Source: Eledone cirrhosa | Lineage: Eukaryota | NCBI GenBank assembly: GCA_964016885.1 | Contig: OZ024740.1 | Coordinates: 373,364,001 to 373,428,000, forward strand | Direction of reading: 5' to 3' | Length of the DNA: 64,000 nt | Shown here: positions 51,649-64,000 of the stretch, piece after piece | Layout of the letters: every line of letters begins with the position of its first letter | Numbering within the stretch: position 1 is the stretch's first letter | Position numbers and translations under genes: made by a program | Notes under the pieces: generated by a model | The model's database searches: none | What the model was told of the DNA's origin: nothing | The model's input: only the letters and a program-made list of their open reading frames with translations

Positions 51649-51651
<3 letters not shown>
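47430..51651 (-). mobile_element. Near full-length Penelope-like element, Neptune-like (long low-complexity N-terminus, RT, Cys-rich linker, C-terminal GIY-YIG endonuclease), disrupted
   Basis: IKEADKGSAVVLM, ILENNFFEFNSKYYRQKSGTAMGTKVAP, linker KCGRPTCCIC, NLIYVLTCSGCQEHYTGQT..LRQRMTVH. (TA)n at both ends. Decayed HHR in the 3' UTR at 47641-47685. Confidence 0.9.
50420..50900 (-). repeat. Diverged tandem repeats (about 50/100-bp periodicity) within the PLE N-terminal region
   Basis: Recurring GTGTGGTTGTATTG and CCTGCTGTTG...GTAGGGTGTGTAG blocks encoding N/H/T/Y-rich peptide. Confidence 0.7.
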
Positions 51652-51685
<34 letters not shown>

Positions 51686-51899
51686 GAAAAGGTTGTAAGA
51701 AGAGCTTTCTATTTATTGTATAGAGCTGTTTAATTACGTAATAAACAACACGATATAATTATCCCATTACCAAAGCTTTCAAGAACTAAACGATGCTTAC
51801 AGGCATATCCAGCCCGCCCGTCAAATGAAATAGTTATATATGTATAATGCGATGAAATATCAATGATGGTTGGCAAATCACTGATGAAGGACTAATTTT

Positions 51900-51935
<36 letters not shown>

Positions 51936-51941
<6 letters not shown>

Positions 51942-52036
51942 ATTCTACGGGACTATAACTCTTTCATTCTTTAGAAATCATCAGGAATGATGATATCTAA
52001 AGAATGAAACAGTCCTAGTCCTGAAGAATCTCATCT
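51936..52036. repeat. About 100-bp fold-back centred immediately 5' of a hammerhead-like core
   Basis: Minus arm CTGATGA T-TTCT-AA-AGAA-T GAAA. Plus arm ATGATGA TATCTAAAGAAT GAAACAGTC. Confidence 0.7.
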
Positions 52037-52601
52037 ATATTACAACCTTTATACTTTGCTATGTATGGAGTACCCTACTTACTGTGGTTACCTCCGATTC
52101 AACCCGGAATAACTTACCTATATGTATATCCAGGGAGTTTAACTTGGAGTTACTGTAGGTTCACTCGGGTGAGCACTCGATGTTTAGGTTCACTTCAGTG
52201 TCGACGTGTAGTGATATACAGAGTGTATTATAGTTAAATAAGATAACAAGGACAATTGGTTACTCCATCATTGCGTTTATTGTTTGTTGAAGCGCGGTTC
52301 GCTACTGATCAGTTCAAGTATCGATCTGACCGGTCTCTGTTATCCGCGGCTCGTCAGACCCCTTGTATATATATATATATTTATATGACTTTGTGTGTAT
52401 ATTCTATTTGTGTGTATGTATATATATACATACTTGTATCTTTTTTATGCGTGCGTGGGCGTGTATGTGAATATACGCATATTTGTAGGAGTATATATGA
52501 GCCAGTGTGTGTATGTGTGTGTGCACAAGCACCCACTGTAGGGAAATGACCTTTTTTGTGTGTGTATATATATATATATATATCATTATCTATAAAAGGC
52601 A

Positions 52602-52792
52602 GTGAATTGGGCTGTGAATTGGCAGTATCGGTAGAGGGTTGGGCGCCATACTTTCTAGCATAGTTACGTCCCTTTACAGTCTGAGTTCAAATCCCGCCGA
52701 GGTTAACTTTGCCTTTCATCCTTACGGGGTCGATAAAATAAAGTACCCGTAATGTACTGGTAATTGCTGGCCTTGTGCCTAAAGTAGAAACA
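52602..52792 (+). mobile_element. SINE with a perfect 17-bp TSD
   Basis: ATTATCTATAAAAGGCA at 52585-52601 and 52793-52809. B box GAGTTCAAATCC. Confidence 0.95.
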
Positions 52793-53092
52793 ATTATCTA
52801 TAAAAGGCATATTGTTGTTGTTGTTGTGTGCATGTTCCATGTTTATACATTTGCATAATTTCAAACCGATTCGACTCAACGTCTGTAAGAATGTTGTAAA
52901 TGGCTGAACTTAGTCGAATAACTATTTATTTCATTCCATTATGGAAATAATCGATAAAACTAAATACATGACGCTTTAAGCCCTCTAATATAATCAGAAC
53001 ACCTCTGTCTACTCCCCTTAAAATCCGATAAAACTACATACATGCTTACAAACTTCCTTTAGGAACGCCGAAGACAGTGAGGGGGAGAGTGA

Positions 53093-53137
<45 letters not shown>

Positions 53138-53343
53138 TTTGTTTTTAGTGTGGAACGGTCAAACATATATTTACTTAAATGACTAAGAGAACTTATTACA
53201 TTTCATGCGAAACAACAATTATTCCAAAGCAACAGATACATTTATTCAACAATAAAAAAAAATAGTGATAAATCTTTTTTAAAACCTCTCAACGAAGGTG
53301 GAAGAAAGAAGTATCAGTTTATTTACTATACAATAATAATATA

Positions 53344-53616
53344 CTCTATGAGGGCACTAAACCTGCTAGAATCAGCAGCTAACTCTCCCCCATATCACAC
53401 CCCTCCCTACTGTCTTAAATTTAGAAAACATATCATCTATGTGGTCACTAAATCTGCTGTAAACAGAAGCTAACTCTGCCCCATATCACACCACTCCCTA
53501 CTGTCTTAAATTTAGAAAACAAATATTCTCTATGAGGTCACTAAACCTGCTAGAAACAGCAGCTAACTCTCCTCCATATCACACCCCTCCTTACTGTCTT
53601 AAATTCAGAAAACACA
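53344..53616 (+). repeat. Three tandem copies of an approximately 92-bp unit
   Basis: TCTATG..CACTAAA.CTGCT..CAGC.GCTAACTCT..CCATATCACACC.CTCC.TACTGTCTTAAATT.AGAAAACA, starting at 53344, 53435 and 53529. Confidence 0.9.
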
Positions 53617-53910
53617 TTAGACAACCATGCAGAACAACTCCATCGCAGCTCTGTTATTCGGCTGGCATCGTCTACGCGCGTGTTGCGCAAGTACTGCGAA
53701 ACAATAAATTTCAACAATGTTTGCATTTAGATAATATCCATAGGCGAAACTACAGTTGTCACTACTGGCACAGCTCCTGCTTCGGCAGTCCAGGTGTGCA
53801 ATTCATTCACCCAGTGCTTGGCAGACAAAAAAAGTGCTGCCATAAAATGTGTGGTGCAACCTAAGTTTGGTAACTTACTGACCCGGAGAAACGCCGGGCT
53901 TTAATGCTAG
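53617..53910 (+). mobile_element. Helitron 3' terminus (short non-autonomous copy; 5' end not located)
   Basis: Hairpin CCCGG-AGAAACG-CCGGG at 53882-53898, 8-nt spacer, CTAG at 53907-53910, then T. Confidence 0.65.
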
Positions 53911-53971
<61 letters not shown>

Positions 53972-54641
53972 GAGCGACTGTGTATCTGTGTCTGTATATA
54001 TGGGTACGCGTGTGTATGTTGTTGTGCATGGGGAAGAATAAAGGTGGGTGTCTATGTATATGCCTGTACGTGTTTGTGTGTACGGGTATATATTCGCGGA
54101 TGCATGTGTGTGCGCCTGTGCGTGCGTGTGTGTGTGTTGATGTATGTGGCCATGGAGGCATGCGTCTGTATATGCGTTCGTCTATAGGCCTATATGTTTA
54201 TATGCTCCCCTTAAGAGTGTGCGTACGGCGGGAGTCTATGCGTGCGACTGCCGTTATATATGGTTTTTGTGCGTGTGTGTGTGTGTGTGTATGTGTGTGT
54301 GAGTGCGGGCGTGGACGTGTGAACTACCAAACACAACGGTAATTCATTGACGTGTGGCGAACAAGCAGCTGATGATCAGCTGAATTGATACCTGTGGTGA
54401 AAATTATGATGACGTGGAAAACCAGCACCCAATGACAGGACGTGTGAAGAGGATGGAGGTTTTGAAGGTAACAACACCCCAGCGGAAGAATTACTAGATG
54501 TTTCCGTCGAACCTACGGGTCCAGAATCAGACAGATCCCCACAATGATCCTGTCTCGACCTGTCCGCCGGCGAAACAATTGTAGTACACAATAAATTGAC
54601 TTCAGATGCATCACTGACTTTTTGATTTATATTATATATCT

Positions 54642-54672
<31 letters not shown>

Positions 54673-54682
54673 TATATATAAA

Positions 54683-54764
<82 letters not shown>

Positions 54765-55849
54765 TATATAAACATAGAGAGAGAGGGAACAGAGAGAGAG
54801 AGGAGATATATAGATAGAAACAGAGAGAGAGAAAGAGAGGGGAGCATATATATATGTGTGTTTTCGTTCGTGTTAAACGAGGAAACTTAAACAAAAGTCT
54901 GAAAAAGATGGGTAATTAGTTCATTGGTCTACGATCGATTCAGAGAGTTGATTGATCATGTTAGATCAATATATCGACAAGATGTTAATGCTTAAGTCGT
55001 TACATGTTTCTTGTAACAAAATCCCTGAACACTCCCAACATCTTCCACAAAAGCAATGAACTATTATTTCATTTGCTACATATATAAGATGGATGGAATA
55101 TTCACGTATGGTGTATCAATCGGGGATGAAATAGATAGACAAAACTGCGTAAATTATTTAGGAAGAAAGACGGGTGGGAGTAGTAAACACATAATTGTGT
55201 GTGAAATATAATACGGACAGCATGTATACATATACACCGCATCCAAACACTCTACCCAGAAAGTCATAAATAAGAATGATTAGCTGTGTGTTTAGGTATA
55301 CGGCCAAATGTAGGTAGACGGATGGACAAATGAATTTGTTTTTAGAGGACTTCTTTGCGATAATTAACATTTATTATATCTAAATTTTGAACCGGCCTTT
55401 ATTAACAATGTCCTAATCAATCACGCCGAATCTTAGTAGCTTTATGAGATTAAATAATAAACCCGTCTGGTTGTATAACAACAAATGAATCCGGGCAGGT
55501 ATCGATATCCACTATAGAACATCTAACCAATCATATTACCAACATTCTATTCTGAGCAGAGCTGCGCCCAACCATTCTGGTGGATCGAACATCATACGTG
55601 TCAATCCAACACACCATTCTCCTATTTTGAATACCAGCCCGAATGCAGATACAAGGGATGGCCACAGGCCATGGACGCACTACAACTGCAAGAACTTAAG
55701 AAATATCATTTAAAAGGAACATATATGTTTAATAAAATCATTTACTAATGTAACAACATTTGGGGATATATAAATATGTGGACAACATATATGCTTATCT
55801 GTAGTCGGAATCAAGCTTAACTCCAAAGTCCGCCAAGGGCGCTTACTCT

Positions 55850-56305
55850 AAATTCTCCAGTACATTATTTACGTGAGCATGATAGATATGTGCAGCCGGT
55901 TGGGAAGTGGTATCATGACTAGCGGGTGTCAAACCAGTCGCTTTGTATTTGCAGACGACATGGTGTTACTTAATTCGACAAAAGTTGATCTCGGACTTGC
56001 ACTCGATAGGTTTGATGTCAAGTGATGCTTGGCTGGAATGAAAATCAATGCTACGAACACTGAGGCAATCGTCTTCTCAAGGGAGCCTACACAGTGCAAT
56101 GTGCATGAAAATGGAGTTCCACTGAAGCAGGCAGAGACGTTCAAGTATCTCGGGGACATGATCACGAGTTATGGGAGACAGAAGGCTGAATTAAGTGCAA
56201 ACATTGCAGGAGATGGTTCAGTAATACGCCAGGTTCAGCGTTCAGTAATCAGAAGAAAGTTGTATTGTAAGGCATAAAAGTCAAACTCGCTATTTCCAAT
56301 TCTCT
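55850..56305 (+). mobile_element. RTE-type LINE RT fragment
   Basis: FVFADDMVLL..DL..ALDRF..AGMKINATNTEAIVF..GVPLKQAETFKYLG. Confidence 0.8.
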
Positions 56306-58395
56306 ATTTGATACTGAAGTAGAGTTTAAATATTCATTGATTAAGGCTAAGTTGTGATCTTCTTACTTTGGTATTTCACATCCGAGTGCGCAGGTGAAAC
56401 TCCAGATTAACATGGCTCAATGCTTAGTCAAAATAAATGTATGTATACTTTTCGGTATTCAGTGTTGATAACTGCAAGCAATCGAATTACTATGCTGTCA
56501 TTAGACATAAGTACTCTAAGTCGTAGGTACCATAAGTTGTATCAGGTGGCGTATCAATATTAGGAAAAGGAGGAGAGACTGTAGGGCATTGGTTGAACAA
56601 GAAAAGATCAAATAACCGTTTGTAACTTAGGAGGATTTTGCAGATGGAATACAATGAACATATGCTTCTTTATTTCTTACGAGATATCAATCGACGTTTA
56701 TTGTGTGAGTTAATTCGATACAATCGAATGATCATGTACGTGTATGCGCAAATATACATTTACTATTCTCCGGCTCAATTGTATATATTTTCTCCTTTTC
56801 TACTCCTAATTTAATACGTTATGTATATTGAAAATTGCGGCTGATTATTTGTCCACTTTTCAACGTAGGTAGAAATTATAGCAGATTCATCTTCATGAAT
56901 ACGCATACATATGGTTAATGAAGTCAATGCATTTTCACAAAATTAATTCAATGCAAGTATCACAGAAGTGTAATTTTCTTCACAGATTTCAAGAAGTAAA
57001 GTGAAACATTTAGAATAGAACATAAACATTCTAATTATGATTAATCTTTTCTACTGCAATGCGCATATGGATTTTACTTCACGTGTTTAAAGATATATTG
57101 TGCGATAATATAACTCTTTCATGTACAATGGCTAATCAGTTGTAGTTATCATAAGTCTTTCGAGCAAACTTATTTCATACTCTGCAGTAATTGAAATCTT
57201 TGTGGGCAATATTCGCTTTACAAAACCGTTCCATCTAGCTGATATATAATATTAGTTACTCACGTCTAGCTGCAGTGTATGTTACTTAGATGTAATTTTC
57301 TCCGACTAAATTTAGATCTACGTATTTGTGCTTATTAAGTTGCTGAAGCGAAAATTCCCGATGACATTATAAGTTATTCCTCTAAAATCTAATGTCAAAT
57401 ACAGAACTATTGGTTTATTGAACGTCAATGAAATAAAGAACAGAAAGTTGATTTCCACGGAACAGATTTCAAACGTCATTAGAACGTTGTAACATATTCA
57501 TGTCGGGAAAAATTAACATTCTTGCAATATCGCCCACATTGTTCGTTAATACGCACCAGAAAAAAAGAAACAAAAATAGTATGTGTTTCATTTGATAAGT
57601 ACTAGCCTGCTATTAGTTCTAGAAGTGGAAACACAGATGGTTTATCATTGGGTCGTGTGCAAATTGTGGTTGAATGTGTGTGTAAATCTGCAAATCAGAA
57701 AAATGAACGGAATATATCAATCCGTTCAAACAATGTAGATTCTAGAAAGTATGTAACAATGATTAGGATAGTGGTTGGAATTAGCATTTGTTAATTAACG
57801 TGGCAGGGAAGATTAAAGTCTATACCAGATTGACGTTAATATCATGACGATATATAAAGAGATTATCTCTCGTAGGGGCGTAGAAATTAACTCAAACTTA
57901 TAATCATCTACAGTCAACTATACACATGTTTATACACACAACCCTAATGTACACACACACACATACAACACAGAGCAGCACAAACACACACACACATATA
58001 TATATATATGCGTGTGTGTGTGTGTGTACAATGTACATTTATATATATATTGAATATACGTTTGCTTAAAGATAACAGCTTCAAGGAGTATAGTTTTTAT
58101 TAGGAAGAATAGACAAATATGTTAGCCATATAAGCTCGTATACATGGAAACCTGTAGGCTTTCCTCAGCAAGAGATAAGATCAAATGGAACATATAATGC
58201 TCAGTATTTAAACTTTGAGCTTGTTAATTACAGGGTATCAATATGAGTTAGTAACTCTGTATTTTATAAGTTCGGTGTACTAAGGTGATTATTTCTAGCA
58301 TATCCACTCACACCACTTCTAACGGCAAACCCACGAGGTGACATATTCATTAATGTGGTGTGTAGTTACATGTGTTTGTTCCATTTGATCTTATA

Positions 58396-58478
58396 TCTCG
58401 CTGAGGAAAGCGTAGGGATTTTCTGTTATAAACACAATTTTCAGGGCGAAACAGATTAAATCACTAATCTGTTCGAGA
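58396..58478 (+). ncRNA. Type-I hammerhead ribozyme with a full 8-bp stem III; predicted cleavage after 58473
   Basis: Stem I TCTCG/CGAGA, CTGAGGA, stem II GC..GC after a 2-nt AA insertion, GAAA, stem III ACAGATTA/TAATCTGT, GUU triplet. An inverted partial copy lies at 58158-58192. Confidence 0.75.
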
Positions 58479-58588
58479 GATGAAATAGTTATTGATACGG
58501 TCTGTATATATATATTATATATATACGTATGCTTCAGTGGTATTTATACCCTCACAATTTTAGACGCACAATTTACTGTGTTTATTTC

Positions 58589-58642
<54 letters not shown>

Positions 58643-59219
58643 CATATGTGTGAGTGTGTGTGTGTGTGTCTATGTGTGTGTGTTTATAAATATATGTGGG
58701 TGTGTGTGTGTGTGTGAGAAAAACAATTACATGCAAAGACAGTATAAAAGAAGTCGTAGACTAATGTTCTCTTAGGTGGTTCGTAGAGACGTTCTCTGGC
58801 AATGAACGCAAAAAAACGAAGATAATACGGCATATATGGAGCGTGTTGAATAATTGTACGCAAAGACAAAAATGGTATAGCTGAAGTCGTAGACTAAAAT
58901 TCTAACTAGGAAACCGAATGATTCTCCGATTCAGAGTTAAGAATAAAGTAAATAAAATACAATACAGAGGTAATTGAAATGAAATAAATACATACACGCG
59001 TCCAAAGAGATACATACACAAGCATACGCGAAAACACTCGCCATAGATATACAAAACCACGCAAATATAAATATGTGTGTGTGTGTGTGTGCGGGTATAC
59101 AAATAAAAAACAATTAAATACACGTATATAAATGAATAAATACCTGTATAACAAACGCACACACATACCTACATGTAAATACACAATCTAACGACTGCGT
59201 TTACAGATTGACTTTGTTT

Positions 59220-59270
59220 GTTTCAGAGGATCCCGTTAAGGGTGTGAAAGCAGCGATTCTTTGCTTAAAC
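59220..59270 (+). ncRNA. Hammerhead motif with one core substitution (CAGAGGA)
   Basis: Stem I GTTT/AAAC, stem II CCC/GGG, GAAA, stem III AGCA/TGCT, CUU triplet. Upstream of (TA)n. Confidence 0.5.
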
Positions 59271-59376
59271 TTTAATGTTATTTTAATAAATATTTGCTCT
59301 ACGGTTCTTAAATATTTAATATATATTCATCCTTATCGAGCCCTCTTTGGATTTTAGTCTTCAAATTTATTATTAT

Positions 59377-59465
<89 letters not shown>

Positions 59466-59467
<2 letters not shown>

Positions 59468-59915
59468 AATAAGGAGAAATAGTCGTTTATGTTTTTTTTA
59501 CTTTAAATTTTGCTCTTTTTTCTGGGTTAGAAAATGTTTAAAACAAAATATTTTACTACATGTGAAGTGTTGATGTATTAGTTAATTTATTTATTAATTA
59601 ACAATGGCATTTATTTATTTATTTATATATTTAGTAATTGTCTATTACCGATTTCAGCTCTTTATGCACTATCAAACAATTTGTATTTGTATAAAATGTT
59701 GGTGATATTGGACATGTTAAGGGAATGGGGAAGAAAGAATAATGTTATTTACAAACAAGGTTTTTGAAGTTAAAAGAAAAAAGAAAAAAAAGAGGGTAAT
59801 GTGGAATATGATAAGGTAATGGGAAAGAAAAAATAATATTATTTACAGGCATAGTTCTTGATGATAAGCAGTTCAAAATGTGTTATTATGGCAAGCGTGC
59901 TCAGTTGATCCATGA
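59466..59915 (-). mobile_element. Solo 3' UTR/pLTR of the Neptune-like PLE family, abutting (TA)n
   Basis: Colinear with 47460-47930. Decayed HHR at 59637-59680. Confidence 0.85.
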
Positions 59916-61140
59916 TGCATCGCTGGAGTACATTTGTCTTCCACTCCATATAACTAAGTTATAAAATATGAAAGTTTCATGAGTTAAACATAATATTATT
60001 GAATATGTAAGTAATCACTATTTAAATATCTAAAATACTTCTGCAATATTATAACATAATCATTATCATCTTTCTATCCACCTCCTTCCCTACTCTTCAT
60101 CATTATCATCATAATCAGCATCATCCCCATCATCATGATAATGACGCTCTCAGGTTACTATACATAATTGTTGACATTTCACATCATATATTTAAAGGAA
60201 TTGAATAATAATTATTCGAAAGCAAATATCTACTGAATACTTCCATGCTTCTCCTTTGGTTTAACCAATTCACTGATTAAATTCTGTTCATGATATATTA
60301 CATATATATGCGCATAACATTGCTTCAACGTTCAAACATAATTACGAGAAGATAGTTGTATTATATAGGTAATTCAATCACCATCTTATTTTACGGTAAT
60401 TCGTTAATTACAAACTCATGCTGAGAAAAACATAATACACCGATACTATACACTCTCTGGCTTAATATGCTTCCATAACATTTTCTGAAACAAAATATGC
60501 ACTAAATGTATATTAAACAGGAAATGTAATTAGATATATTCTATACCATTTCTATAGAGTATAGGGAATATATTTTTGAGACACGAAGAAAATAATTCTG
60601 AATTGCATCTAACACCTGTCTGATTCATATATATGATTGTTGTGTTCACCTTCTTTAAAGCTTCACGTTGGTTGCTAAGTGATTATACTATCATTAACCA
60701 CGCTCGTCAATATAATTAATTGTTATGTTATATTAAATCATTTTTCAAATATAAATGTTCTTTTAAATTATTTGCATAGCCATAATTTCCACTCTACCTG
60801 CCTGATTTCATTTCCAACTCTGCCTCCTTTACCCCGCGTGCATTCATCCGTGAGCGGGTGAATGAATAGGTAACAGAGATATCTGACAAGCTAAATGAGG
60901 TTGGGTGCAAAAATATTTTCGGTTCGATATTTTGTTGCTTCTCAAAACCTAAACATATATAACACGTTTTTTTAGTTTAGAGATTGCGACGATATTCACA
61001 GTTAATTGTATTTTTTCCGGTTAGCCAAATATAGAATGTGAGACTAGTTGAATATATAAAGCTTCATGCTGATCACACATCCCATAATGCTTTGTCACTA
61101 CACATAACGTTTATTCATGCACACACAAAAAAAACACTCA

Positions 61141-61194
<54 letters not shown>

Positions 61195-61196
<2 letters not shown>

Positions 61197-62625
61197 ATAA
61201 CCGATGCTGAGCAAGATGTTTATTCTCTATGCCTGTAAGACCTTCCTATACCACGATCGATCTTACTGGATCAACAAGAAGTCTCTGACCCCATTTGACA
61301 TCAGCATGGGAGCGAGTGACTCGGCTGAAATTAGCGACCTAGTGGGCCTGTACATTTTACATCACCTGAAGAACCTCTTTTCTGGCCTAAGCGGAGGTTT
61401 ATACCGAGACGACGGCCTCTTCGCCCTGCACAAGGTTAACCCCAGAACCACCGATGGGTTTCGGAGAAACATAAGCTCGTTCTTCCGTAATCTAGCATTT
61501 AGTATAACTTTAGAATCAAATATGACTAGGGCCAAATTTTAGATGTCACTCTCGACCTAGATACTTCCTTATATTACCCGTACCACAAACCTAATGAGTG
61601 CCTTAGATATATTAATGTTAATTCTAACCACCTCAAAAACATCACTGATAACTTAGTAAAAAGCGTCTCTATTAGAATCTCTGGCCTCTCTGCCAATGAA
61701 GATATATTTAACGCCTCTGCCTCCTACTACAATGACGCCCTCGCCCGCAGCGGATTTAAAGAAAAGATAACCTACCTAGAAACCACCGCAAACCCGCATA
61801 GGAGGAAAAGGCATAGGCAGATAAGCTGGTACAACCGTCCCTTCAATATAGAGGTCTCTACACTTACAGCTAGGATTTTCTTCACTTTGCTGAACACACA
61901 CTTCCCCATACAACATAGGTACTACACAATCTTTAATAAGAACACAATAAGACTCTCCTACTCCACTACACAAAACCTAGCTAAGAATATGGCCAATCAC
62001 AATTCTAAACAATTAAATAAGCCAAAAACCTCCAAACCCAACCCCCGGACTGGGGCCTGGTGTAATTGCCTAAATAAGGAAGTCTTCCCACTTTAAAACA
62101 AATGCCTGACAAATGATATCGTATACAAATGCGATGTCAACTCAAGCACCGAATGATTGCAACAACAAAAAGACTTACATCGGCTTGACTTCCAATAAAT
62201 TAAAAACCCGGTGATATGCCCATACCCACTCCTTCAAGAGACCGGACAAATCAAATCAGACAACACTCGCCTCCTATGTTTGGGACCTCAAAAGGAATTC
62301 CACCCACTTTACGCTTAAATGGAAAATAGTCCAGAAAAACGCGCTCATACAACGGAGAACACAAATGCTGCGAACTTTGTATCTCAGAGAGCTACGAAAT
62401 TTTATTTGCCAGGGGCCCGCTACTGAACAAACTTTCTGAGCACTTCCCGAACTGCATGCACAAAAACTTTACAACTTTCAAATACCTTAAGCCAATGATA
62501 ATGCCCGCTTGCTAAAAACGACTTCTTTTTTATTTTTATTTTAAACGCCAGCCGACAAAATAGCCTCTCTACCTCCTTACCACCCAACTGACCCCTCCTA
62601 AACCTGAAACACGGCAATATGTTTA
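61195..62625 (+). mobile_element. 5'-truncated Penelope-like element (probably Nematis-type RT and GIY-YIG), disrupted, starting at a (TA)n tract
   Basis: FDISMGASDSAEISDLVGLYIL..GLYRDDGL, LDVTLDL..YHKPN..YINVNSNH, ISWYN, IFNKNTIRLSYS, CNC..FPL..CLTNDIVYKC, YIGLT. Confidence 0.88.
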
Positions 62626-62802
62626 TGTAAGTACCTCTTAACTATTTGCATTTTCTGCCTGTAGCGCTGTTCTTATGTGTCTGTGTATATGCGTATATTT
62701 ATGAGTACAAGTTTTTTTTATGTATTTGTAAAAGTGGCCATTCGTTTGTATGCATTTCGCTCTGTGTACGTGCGTTCATATGTACCTGCATATGGGCATG
62801 TT

Positions 62803-62852
<50 letters not shown>

Positions 62853-63299
62853 CATGTGTGCATATATATATATATATATATGTGTGTGTCTGTATATGTA
62901 TATATTTATATTTATATGTATATATATATATATATATATCTATATATGTGTATATATGTATATATGTGGGTATGTGTATGTATGTGTATGTATGTGTGTA
63001 TGAATATATATATATATATATATATATTTATATCTATCTATCTATCTATATATATATATTTGTATATATATGTATACATGTCTATATATGTGTATATATA
63101 AATCTCTATATTTGATAATCTCCCAAAAGGTTGAAATGCAATTTAGGCAATATAAGGCTGCGCTTTCTAGCAACCAGCCCACTCGCCGTAAGGCACCAAT
63201 CACATTCTTTCTGACTTGACCACTGCCACGTCGCAGTTTTTAGGTTTTTAGCATTCGTTTCTGGCGGGGATCATTTAAGAAAAATCTTCGTCCAATTGA

Positions 63300-63364
63300 G
63301 TTTGTTTCCTGATGAGTTCGAAGCTCGAAAATCTATCCTTGCTAGGATATTTGCGAAAACGAAC
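63300..63364 (+). ncRNA. Hammerhead-like motif, probably in the pLTR of the 61-kb PLE
   Basis: Stem I GTTTGTTTC/GAAAACGAAC, intact CTGATGA and GAAA, stem III ATCCT/AGGAT. Stem II and the cleavage junction are imperfect. Confidence 0.5.
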
Positions 63365-63677
63365 GAAACCATAAAGGGTAGAAACGTAATCCTGGTATGT
63401 GTATATGCATTTTTTCTTCTAACTTTAATTGTATACCTAATTGTGTATGGTTGACGATATATTTTATCGATTTCCACGTGGTATTGAAATGGTGGGTAAA
63501 TATTCTATAGCTGTTGATGGGGGATAGATGGCTGTCGTTTATATATCTATTATTTTTTATAGGTGCCTTTTAATATTATAGTCTGGTTTAAATTGTTTTT
63601 TTTGTGTGGTTGACTATGCTAATTGGGAGGGAAAATGGAGTATATATCTTATCAAATGATTATATGGACATAATTTG

Positions 63678-63781
<104 letters not shown>

Positions 63782-64000
63782 GTTTGTATATGTATAATAA
63801 AGCCAAAACAATGCAGGTATGGACATAGAATAAAGAATGCAGATGCAAAAGATATTGTTGACAATTAGTCTTTTACCTTAGATTTTATAGAAACAGGTGT
63901 GCTTCTATAAAAAAAACCCGCCACCAGGGTCCTGTTCGTACATTTTAGATCGGCTCTCCCACCCGGCGCTAAGTTCGGATACATAAGGAACGAAATAACA

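Noticed and set aside
52323-52361. Minus-strand CTGACGAG...GAGACCGGTC hammerhead-like string
   Set aside because: GAAA is altered and stems I and II do not pair convincingly.
53344-53616. CRISPR-like periodicity
   Set aside because: Contiguous tandem units without unique spacers, in a eukaryotic context.

Overview
AT-rich, microsatellite-dense eukaryotic DNA, probably from an octopod cephalopod (inferred from about 14 copies of a tRNA-derived SINE resembling the dominant octopus SINEs). No intact, identifiable host gene is present. Four phase-compatible minus-strand exon candidates at 5.3-7.0 kb may be a gene with assembly indels or a pseudogene. Most ORF-track entries are microsatellite or antisense artefacts. 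Recognisable mobile elements: R4/Dong-type RLE retrotransposons in (TAA)n (one near full length), Penelope-like elements (PLEs; one Neptune-like near full length, two probably Nematis-like fragments), CRE, CR1-group, RTE and Tx1-like relics, a Chapaev3 (CMC) transposon with TIRs and a TTA TSD, a Tc1/mariner relic and a Helitron 3' end. The main hidden signal is non-coding. About a dozen type-I hammerhead ribozyme (HHR) motifs from several unrelated families lie in short tandem or fold-back elements next to (TA)n tracts. They include a 438-nt, 1.7-copy retrozyme-like tandem (36.5-37.4 kb), a 2.4-kb direct-repeat-bounded element containing a covarying structured repeat (37.4-39.8 kb), and several long hairpins whose symmetry centres fall at or near the ribozyme. 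A duplicated 611-bp RTE-derived short element begins with an HDV-like fold candidate. All structures were read by eye, so folding, database searches and cleavage assays are still needed.
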